Shown here: piece by piece, positions 25,289 to 32,000 of the stretch
Layout: every line of letters starts with the position of its first letter
How positions within the stretch are numbered: the first letter of the stretch is position 1
Source of the DNA: Gracilimonas sediminicola
GTDB lineage: Bacteria; Bacteroidota; Rhodothermia; Balneolales; Balneolaceae
DNA: 32,000 nucleotides
Assembly: GCF_024320785.1 (NCBI RefSeq)
Contig: NZ_JANDBC010000001.1
Location: 236,617 to 268,616, forward strand
Direction of reading: 5' to 3'
Position numbers and translations under genes: made by a program
Notes under the pieces: model-generated
What the model saw: the letters and a program-made list of their open reading frames with translations, nothing else
What the model was told of the DNA's origin: nothing
Database searches by the model: none

Positions 25289-26743
25289 ATGAAGAACTTT
25301 TCAATTACCACCACACAAGGATTTAATGTAAATAAGATTAATCCACTATGGTATCTCACAATTGGGGTAGCTACCATGGCCCTAACTCACATGACCTTTA
25401 GTATTGAAGTCATGGCTTGGGTTTCAAGTGTTCCATTTTTAATTTATCTAAGTCTCACACAAGGCTGGAAGTCAAGATTAACCTTTTTCCTTGCTTTGGT
25501 TTTGGCTTGGTCCTTTGTTGTAACGAAGATTATTAGCGATCCAATTCCACTGGCGCTGGTCTTCCTCTACTCTATTCCAATTAGTTTATTTCACCTGCCG
25601 GGATACTTGATCTGGAGCAAATTTAAAGATCAGAAATATGCGCTGTTTCTATTTCCTGTCATCATGGTCATTATGGAATGGATTCAATACACCTTTACAC
25701 CTCTTGCCAGTTGGGGAGTAGCTGCATATACCATGCACGACAATGTATCGCTTATTCAAACAGTATCTTTGTTTGGGTTGGCTGGTCTAAGCTTTCTGAT
25801 TTATTGGGTTAATGTCTCAATTGCCAATATTATCATTAAACGAAAAATCTCTATCCCAACTTTTCAGCTTCCTTTAATTATGCTGTGCCTTTTTATTGTA
25901 TTTGGCTCCATCCGATACGATATGAGCAAAGCCAATGGCAGCGACACTATAACTGTTGCAGCAGTTGGAACAGACTCGGAGGCAAGTGGTTTACCATTGC
26001 CAACTAAGGTAAGAACTGAACAGACTAAAACTGCATTATTTAAACGAACCAAAACTGCAGCGGAAGGTGGTGCTAAAATAATATCGTGGAACGAAGCTGC
26101 TATATTTATAATGCCTGAAGATGAGAAGGAATGGATTAACTCCATCAGGGAATTAGCCGCTGAACTCAATATCACTTTGGTCGCTTCTTATGTGTCGCCT
26201 ATTTCACAATCTCCCTTGAGGTATGAGAATAAGTACCAGTTTATCGATTCGTCAGGAAACATTACGCATACATACCTCAAGCATCAACCCGTACCGGGAG
26301 AACCCGCTGTGCAGGGAAAGTCGCCTTTAAAAGTTGCTGATATAAAAGGAACAAAAGTCGGAGCCGCAATTTGCTATGATTATGATTTTCCGTATCTGGC
26401 AAAAGGATATGGTGAATTAGGGGCAGATATGGTTATTCTTCCGTCAAGTGATTGGAGAGGCATTGACCCACTGCATACGGAAATGGCAGCCTTTAGAGCT
26501 GTTGAGCAAGGTCACTCGGTTCTTCGTTCAACGCGTTTTGGGCTCTCTGCAGCAATTACACCATACGGTGAAATGGTTTCACAAATGAGCAGTTTTGACA
26601 ACAATGATAAAATCATGTATTCACAGCTACCTACCAAAGGTGTCACTACATTATACTCAGTTATTCAAGATAGCTTCGTCTACCTGTGTATTGGATTCTT
26701 ATTGTCGTTCATGGCTATTGCGTCTCGATCAAAAAATAAATAA
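25289..26743 (+). CDS. apolipoprotein N-acyltransferase-like / CN-hydrolase membrane protein
   Basis: 484 aa; multiple N-terminal TMs, then a nitrilase fold with candidate triad E (IISWNEAAIF), K (YLKHQPVPGEP), C (GAAICYDYDFP), and a C-terminal TM. Confidence 0.8.
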   Translation: MKNFSITTTQGFNVNKINPLWYLTIGVATMALTHMTFSIEVMAWVSSVPFLIYLSLTQGWKSRLTFFLALVLAWSFVVTKIISDPIPLALVFLYSIPISLFHLPGYLIWSKFKDQKYALFLFPVIMVIMEWIQYTFTPLASWGVAAYTMHDNVSLIQTVSLFGLAGLSFLIYWVNVSIANIIIKRKISIPTFQLPLIMLCLFIVFGSIRYDMSKANGSDTITVAAVGTDSEASGLPLPTKVRTEQTKTALFKRTKTAAEGGAKIISWNEAAIFIMPEDEKEWINSIRELAAELNITLVASYVSPISQSPLRYENKYQFIDSSGNITHTYLKHQPVPGEPAVQGKSPLKVADIKGTKVGAAICYDYDFPYLAKGYGELGADMVILPSSDWRGIDPLHTEMAAFRAVEQGHSVLRSTRFGLSAAITPYGEMVSQMSSFDNNDKIMYSQLPTKGVTTLYSVIQDSFVYLCIGFLLSFMAIASRSKNK

Positions 26744-26808
26744 AAACCTACAACAATAGATGATTGATTTAAATAGAAGTATGTTACTATTACTTGCTAC
26801 AACTAAAC

Positions 26809-26834
26809 CTAAACTGCATTAAAACGCAGTTTAG
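26809..26834. other. perfect 9-bp stem-loop
   Basis: CTAAACTGC (26809-26817) attaaaac GCAGTTTAG (26826-26834). Confidence 0.5.
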
Positions 26835-27070
26835 CCAAATCCTTAAACACCCATCTTTAAGTAAGTATCGCCATATAACCACGGCATCAAGCGGGCGCAA
26901 CTCGCCCTGACCTTGCTTGATTTTAAGATTTAAGGTCATCTACAATTTCAGGGATAGCATTGAGCCGCTTATCCCGAAGGCCGTTCGGCACCTCTTCTGC
27001 AAGACATATAAGACAATTTTTTGTTCTGAATTTAGTACATTAAACAGGATAATAATTAAAGATTTCACCC

Positions 27071-27352
27071 ATGTCTCACATTAAACTTGACCAGGATATT
27101 AGGTCACTCTCCGATTTTCGAGCAAACGCTGCATCTTATATAGAGCGTGTCAAATCAAAACGCCGACCACTTATTCTTACACAGCATGGCAAAAGTTCTG
27201 CCGTATTAATTGATGTAGAAGATTATCAAAAAATGTTGGATAAGATTGAGTTATTGGAAGAATTATCTGCTGCCCGAAAGGAATTAGATAATGGAGAAGG
27301 AATTAGTCATGATGAATTTATAGGCAAACTGAGATCACAATATTCATCATGA
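27071..27352 (+). CDS. type II antitoxin, Phd/YefM family
   Basis: 93 aa; LSDFRANAASYIERVKSKRRPLILTQHGKSSAVLIDVEDYQKM. Confidence 0.92.
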   Translation: MSHIKLDQDIRSLSDFRANAASYIERVKSKRRPLILTQHGKSSAVLIDVEDYQKMLDKIELLEELSAARKELDNGEGISHDEFIGKLRSQYSS

Positions 27353-27642
27353 AAATTATTTGGTCGCCAACGGCAAGATACAAAACCAAAGAAATTCTCG
27401 AGTACATTTCTGAAGATAATCCGGATGCTGCTTTAACTCTTATTGATTTGATCGAGGAGAAAGTTGAAAATTTAAATCAAAATCCAGAGTCAGGAAGAGT
27501 GTTTCCACCAACAAATAATGACAAAATTCAAGAACTAATTGTCCATGAGAATTATGGGGTTATCTATGAGATCAATCCCGACCTAATTGAAGTTTTAACA
27601 GTTCGTCATTTCCGCCAAGATTTTTCGAATTATAAATTGTAA
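27349..27642 (+). CDS. type II toxin, RelE/ParE family
   Basis: 97 aa; MKIIWSPTARYKTKEILEYISEDNPDAA and YEINPDLIEVLTVRHFRQDF. Overlaps the antitoxin by 4 bp. Confidence 0.92.
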   Translation: MKIIWSPTARYKTKEILEYISEDNPDAALTLIDLIEEKVENLNQNPESGRVFPPTNNDKIQELIVHENYGVIYEINPDLIEVLTVRHFRQDFSNYKL

Positions 27643-27652
27643 TTCCTTCGGT

Positions 27653-27765
27653 GCCTAACAAGGCGTTTTAAATTGAACGCGGACCTGCCTCAGCCGGCAG
27701 GCATTCGAGGTGCGATGGAAACTTGCTTGCCAGAGATTAATTTTGCTACTTCTTCGAGTCACTCC
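27653..27765. repeat. attC-like / cassette-junction-like element 2 (left half)
   Basis: Begins gGCCTAACaaggcgtttaaattgaacgcgg (R''-like GCCTAAC at 27653-27659) and contains ggaaacttgcttgccagagattaattttgctacttc, matching element 1. Confidence 0.5.
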
Positions 27766-27812
27766 CATTTCTGTTTTACCTGATACAAACAACAGCCTGA
27801 CAAGGATTACCA

Positions 27813-28199
27813 ATGGATAATGCAAAAATAACAGGTAGTGCCCCCATATTGTTGGTTAAAGATGTTGAGAAATCAGCCAATTATTATCGTGATAAAGTTG
27901 GCTTCAGCTACGACCGGTTTTGGGGTGAACCTCCCGGATTTTGCATTCTTCATCGTAATGGATTCAACCTGATGCTCAGCCGGGTCGAAGATGAACGCCA
28001 TATCGTTCCCCACTACAAAGTGGTTCACAACATGTGGAATGTTTACTTCTGGGTAGATGACGCCAAAAAGTTCTATGATGAGCTGGTGGCATCGGGTGCT
28101 GAAATTGACTACCACCTGGAGGAAAAAGACTATGGCTGCCTGGAGTTTGGGATTCAGGACCCGGATGGGTATGACATTGCTTTTGGACAGGAGCTTTGA
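27813..28199 (+). CDS. VOC family (glyoxalase/bleomycin-resistance-like) protein
   Basis: 128 aa; PILLVKDVEKSANYYRDKVGFSY, YFWVDDAKKFYDELVASGAEI, and FGIQDPDGYDIAFGQEL. Confidence 0.9.
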   Translation: MDNAKITGSAPILLVKDVEKSANYYRDKVGFSYDRFWGEPPGFCILHRNGFNLMLSRVEDERHIVPHYKVVHNMWNVYFWVDDAKKFYDELVASGAEIDYHLEEKDYGCLEFGIQDPDGYDIAFGQEL

Positions 28200-28328
28200 T
28201 GCAATTGCTTAATACATGCACCTGCTGGCTAATATAAGATTAGGCTAAAAAGTAAACTGATCTCTTCAAACAAATAAAACAACCTGCAGGTAAGGTGCGT
28301 ACACGTTCGAAACGTGTATAGGAAATTC

Positions 28329-28892
28329 ATGGCATTCTTCACTTCTAAAAGAGAACGAAACCTTTGGCTCTGCACATTCTGTGTAGTATCTGCAATATAT
28401 GCCACACTTGGGCTCTCGTCGATACTGGCTGATATATTCTATAACGAACTCTTCGGTATTATACTCTTCCTCACATGTATGATACTCATCGGCGTCATAT
28501 TACTTACACAGGGACTTCAACTAAAACCTCATGGGTTTGATATTGGTATAGCAATCGGAATTTTTGTTGTTTACTTATTCATGTTCTTCAGAATGGCTAT
28601 TCCTGAACGCAGCCATCTTATTGAGTATAGCGTATTGGCTGTCTTTATCTATGAAGCACTATCAGAGCGCCGGCATAACGGTCGGGGCCTTAAATTCACT
28701 GCAACAGCGGCTATTGTTATGACCTCGCTGATTGGAATATTTGATGAAAGCATTCAGATATTTCTACCCAATCGTGTATTTGATCCTCAGGATATGCTCT
28801 TTAACATGCTTGCAGCAACGATGGCTGTACTATCCGTATCCGGGTTAAGATGGTTTATTCTGTGGAGAAATAGGAATCGACAGCAGCGATAA
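28329..28892 (+). CDS. VanZ-like family membrane protein
   Basis: Several TM segments plus ERSHLIEYSVLAVFIYEAL and GIFDESIQIFLPNRVFDPQDMLFNMLAA. The track start 28314 is a GTG inside a palindrome; the ATG at 28329 with upstream AGGAAA looks better. Confidence 0.78.
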   Translation: MAFFTSKRERNLWLCTFCVVSAIYATLGLSSILADIFYNELFGIILFLTCMILIGVILLTQGLQLKPHGFDIGIAIGIFVVYLFMFFRMAIPERSHLIEYSVLAVFIYEALSERRHNGRGLKFTATAAIVMTSLIGIFDESIQIFLPNRVFDPQDMLFNMLAATMAVLSVSGLRWFILWRNRNRQQR

Positions 28893-28919
28893 ATCAAGTG
28901 TTGCAGCGTACAATTGGTG

Positions 28920-30758
28920 TCAATTCCTATAAAAAAGTAATCCGCCGCCGCGGGTTCCCACAATGAATTCAGCAATGCCGTCGCCGTTTAAATCAGTAAA
29001 ATGAGGGGCTGTGAGCTGGGCTGTAGCTACCTCAAAGGGCATCGGCTTTTTTGTGAACTGAGGCAGCTCTGGTGTCCCGGTGTTTTCAAAAAACACAATA
29101 CCTTCGATTTTACTCCCTGAAAATAAATCAAGATCCCCATCTCCATCTATGTCATAAAAAGCAGGGGCACTCCGGTGCTGAACTTCCACATTCGGGAAAG
29201 CGTCATTCTCCAAACTAAACTCCGGGCTGCCTTCCGATCCAATGTTACGAAAGAGCTGTAGTCCGCCGCCTGACTCCCCCACTATCAGGTCAAGATCTCC
29301 GTCGGCATCAATGTCGGCGAGAGTAGGCACGGCATTACTGCCTCTTTCCAGTTCGGTGATGGTTTGGGTTTCAAGCTTAAATCCAGTTTCGGTATTCGTA
29401 AACAAGGCAATGTTTCCCTTCCAGTTACCAAGCAGAAGGTCATCCAGTCCGTCGCCATTCAAATCAGCCAGCACAGGCGCGTAATGATAAGCGGTGGGTA
29501 GATCCAAGGTTCCGGTCAGGTGAAATTCCGGAGCTGAGGTTGTGCCCCGGTTTTCAAATCGGTAAATAACGGATGTGTTTTGGTTGGAAGGATCGATCTT
29601 ATTGGCCAGCAATAAATCCATATCTCCATCGCCATCCAGATCACCGGTGGCCGGAATGCTCTCATCTCCTACATCGATCATATCAATAAACTGTGTGGTT
29701 TGGAGGCTGAAATCCCCTTTCTCTTGTTCAAAGAAATACAGGTTGTCACTAAGGGTAAGGTTGGCATTGTAGGCCCCGCCCAAAACGCCCAGAAACAGGT
29801 CCACATCGCCATCCCCTTCCCAGTCGGCTAAGGTTGGAGCATTATACCCGCTGGTTTGAACCGGATTGGAGGGCGGAAACGGCTTGGGCTCGCCCCTGAA
29901 ATCCGGATTTTCACACGTGCCGGTATTCTCTATAAGCAGAATACTCGGCTCAAAAAAATCACCCCAGAATAAATCCTGATCACCGTCCGAATCAATATCC
30001 ATAAAAGCCATGGTGTTAGCCCCGTGCATGGTACCGAACTGTTTTACGATCTCAATGTCTTCAAACCGCTTGGTTAGCAGTTTGAAGCGCGGAATTTGGT
30101 TTTCATCCCTGCCTACTGATTCGTATCGCGCCAATGTACCATCCAGACTTCCTATAAACAGATCCAGGCGACCGTCGCAATCTATGTCAGTAACATTGGG
30201 GATATTCTGGCGGTCAGAGAAGATAGGCTCACCGTTTACATCCTTCAGGGAATCAGCGGCCAGCACAAAATTTGGATTTTCAGCATCACCTTCATTGCGG
30301 TAATAGCGGATATAGCTGTAGGGCTGTTCGGCCAATAAATCAAAATCTCCATCCTGATCCATATCCACAAAGCGAAACCACTCCCCGATGTCCAGGTTCT
30401 GGAATTTATTGGATCTCCACTTTAACGGACTTTTAGCATTGTTACCAAGATGCTCAAAGTAGATCAGCTCATCCGTCTGCTCCTGCACAAAAAAGTCAGG
30501 ATCGCCATCACCGTCTATATCAGCAAATTGAGGCCTTGGTGCATTAGAACCGCCAATAAAGGGATGGTCGATAGCTGTTTCGTCTTCTGCATATACCACA
30601 AAAGGGTTGATGTGTTGTCGGTATCCCTCTGATTCTGAGTTGCTTGTTCCGGTGTTTTGCAGCGACGTACAGCCGGTTATCAGAAACAAAACGACAAACG
30701 GTAACAGAACCAAAGAATAATCAGGCATTTCCAATCTGAGCTTTTGAAGTATATTCAT
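28920..30758 (-). CDS. FG-GAP/VCBS-repeat lipoprotein
   Basis: Repeated FxDIDGDGDxDLFxG motifs and lipobox-like LITGCTS. I prefer the ATG at 30758, which overlaps the upstream stop, over the track's TTG at 30764. Confidence 0.88.
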   Translation of the reverse strand: MNILQKLRLEMPDYSLVLLPFVVLFLITGCTSLQNTGTSNSESEGYRQHINPFVVYAEDETAIDHPFIGGSNAPRPQFADIDGDGDPDFFVQEQTDELIYFEHLGNNAKSPLKWRSNKFQNLDIGEWFRFVDMDQDGDFDLLAEQPYSYIRYYRNEGDAENPNFVLAADSLKDVNGEPIFSDRQNIPNVTDIDCDGRLDLFIGSLDGTLARYESVGRDENQIPRFKLLTKRFEDIEIVKQFGTMHGANTMAFMDIDSDGDQDLFWGDFFEPSILLIENTGTCENPDFRGEPKPFPPSNPVQTSGYNAPTLADWEGDGDVDLFLGVLGGAYNANLTLSDNLYFFEQEKGDFSLQTTQFIDMIDVGDESIPATGDLDGDGDMDLLLANKIDPSNQNTSVIYRFENRGTTSAPEFHLTGTLDLPTAYHYAPVLADLNGDGLDDLLLGNWKGNIALFTNTETGFKLETQTITELERGSNAVPTLADIDADGDLDLIVGESGGGLQLFRNIGSEGSPEFSLENDAFPNVEVQHRSAPAFYDIDGDGDLDLFSGSKIEGIVFFENTGTPELPQFTKKPMPFEVATAQLTAPHFTDLNGDGIAEFIVGTRGGGLLFYRN

Positions 30759-31849
30759 CACCAAATGCGGGTTCCTATTCCGGTTGAATTCATGCCGGTT
30801 TCTATGACTTTTTCAATCGTCAGCGTTTCTGTATTGATGATAACCACCGTTCCGGTATGTCCATCTTCTTCAGAACTGCCCTCGGGCTTATACGTGCCAT
30901 CCATATTGTTATTGGTCACATATAAGTACTTGTCATCCGATGAAAGCACGGCTCCGTGAGGCTGAGCCAAGCCGTTTCCTTCAATAACCTTTTCAATTTT
31001 CTTGTTTTCCATATCCACAACGGTGACGGTATGGGCGCCTTTATTTCCAAAATAGACCCGCTTGCCATCGGCAGAATACACCGGGTGCCAAGGCTGTGCA
31101 TGCACGGAAATGGTATCCGTCAATTGGGGCTTCAGCGGGTTTGACAGGTCAAAGACCAGCAGTTTACCCGAAACCTGACCGGTTGCCACCATGGTTTGTC
31201 CGTCCGGTGAAATAGCAAAATTCACCAATACGTGGTTGTTTCCCTCCAGCATGGTGAGTTCGGTTTCCCCTGTATCGTTATTTCTTGCCAGAATTTGATT
31301 AGCAGATAAACTCGCTATATAAGTGAATTTACCATCCGGCGAAGTTGCAAGAGCGTGAGGTCTGGAGAAGAATAAATCCACTTCTTCCTCAACATTCATA
31401 TTTGCCCGACCTATCAATCCAAAACTCTGAGGCGGGTTCACGGCACTCATCGACCGGCCTACAAAAAGGAGATCTTTGTTTGGGTGCATGGCCATCAGTC
31501 CCGGAACTTCCAGTTCGGCTTCATCCACCAACTCATTATCACGATTGAATTTCAATACTTTATTTTCGCCAATCAGCGTAACATACCAGTATGTGCCATC
31601 GGAATCGGCTATAGCATGATGCGGTTTGGCGTTTTTAGAAAAACCGAGTTTCTGCAGGTCGATGGTTTCTACCAGAGAATTTGTTGCCACATCAAGAACC
31701 GAAAGCGTTGCCTCCCCCTGGTTACAGACATAAATCCGCTGCCCTTCCGTGCTTTGTTGGGCGTGTAAAGCTGTTCCCAAAAAAGCTGAAATGGCAAATA
31801 TACTTATCACTGATAGTAACTTGTACACTGACTGCATTCGAACTCTCAT
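30758..31849 (-). CDS. secreted YncE/YVTN-type beta-propeller protein
   Basis: 363 aa; signal peptide, IYVCNQGEATLSVLDVATNSLVETIDL, HAQPWHPVYSADGKRVYFGNKGAHTVTVVDMENKKIEKVI, and YLYVTNN. Confidence 0.88.
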   Translation of the reverse strand: MRVRMQSVYKLLSVISIFAISAFLGTALHAQQSTEGQRIYVCNQGEATLSVLDVATNSLVETIDLQKLGFSKNAKPHHAIADSDGTYWYVTLIGENKVLKFNRDNELVDEAELEVPGLMAMHPNKDLLFVGRSMSAVNPPQSFGLIGRANMNVEEEVDLFFSRPHALATSPDGKFTYIASLSANQILARNNDTGETELTMLEGNNHVLVNFAISPDGQTMVATGQVSGKLLVFDLSNPLKPQLTDTISVHAQPWHPVYSADGKRVYFGNKGAHTVTVVDMENKKIEKVIEGNGLAQPHGAVLSSDDKYLYVTNNNMDGTYKPEGSSEEDGHTGTVVIINTETLTIEKVIETGMNSTGIGTRIW

Positions 31850-31939
31850 TAAGTTTTAGATTGGTTATAAAAGAAAAGGCAACTTCATGTTGATCTCAGA
31901 TGAGAATACATAAAGTTGCCTGATCAAATTTATTGTCTT

Positions 31940-32000
31940 TTACTGGTTGATCGCCTGCTGGTTTGTTTCCAGAATAAACAATCCTTCACGTCCACTGGTC
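31940..32000 (-). CDS. C-terminal fragment of an unidentified protein
   Basis: Minus-strand open frame entering from the right edge, ...TSGREGLFILETNQQAINQ*, with its TAA at 31942-31940. Confidence 0.4.
   Translation of the reverse strand, partial: TSGREGLFILETNQQAINQ

Noticed and set aside
27071-27642. The toxin-antitoxin pair as part of a defence island
   Set aside because: A single Phd/YefM-ParE pair with no nuclease, helicase, methyltransferase, retron, CBASS or similar genes nearby; an ordinary TA module is sufficient.
29242-30959. Plus-strand ORFs inside the FG-GAP and YncE genes
   Set aside because: Antisense to repeat-rich propeller coding sequence; serine-rich low-complexity translations.
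1-32000. CRISPR array, tRNA, rRNA, complete IS element or prophage
   Set aside because: No regularly spaced repeat-spacer array, tRNA cloverleaf, rRNA segment, transposase or phage structural gene could be recognised in this window.

Overview
The window looks like a chromosomal segment from a Bacteroidota/Balneolota-type bacterium; this is inferred from gene style, and no rRNA is present to confirm it. From left to right it holds: a minus-strand tamB (running off the left edge)-aroB-aroK-NFACT/RqcH-like block with overlapping genes; an orphan ORF; 3-hydroxybutyryl-CoA dehydrogenase; a DUF5683-like protein; and a minus-strand cytochrome c maturation block ccmC-ccmD-ccmE-ccmF. Then come a PH-domain protein, two tandem secreted S9 peptidases, an MFS transporter, dUTPase, a DUF3108-like protein, an ArsC/Spx-like protein and a lipoprotein. 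An accessory-looking, all-plus-strand block of seven genes follows (orphan secreted protein, Crp/Fnr regulator, CN-hydrolase/apolipoprotein N-acyltransferase-like protein, Phd/ParE toxin-antitoxin, VOC protein, VanZ-like protein). The window ends with an overlapping minus-strand pair of beta-propeller proteins. I found no convincing new multigene defence system. The strongest unusual signals are non-coding. (1) At least six copies of a degenerate 7-bp-periodic repeat ([G/C]AACANN)n sit at or within a few bases of stop codons, and one encodes the C-terminal tail of the MFS transporter. (2) There is a second, unrelated heptad repeat of the form AGCTGTC. (3) There are palindromic GTCAT...ATGAC intergenic elements. 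(4) Two related attC-like/cassette-junction-like repeats lie in the accessory block. The CcmE in this window also has a CxxxY motif in place of the classical heme-binding histidine motif. All coordinates of non-coding elements were read by eye and may be off by 1-2 bases.
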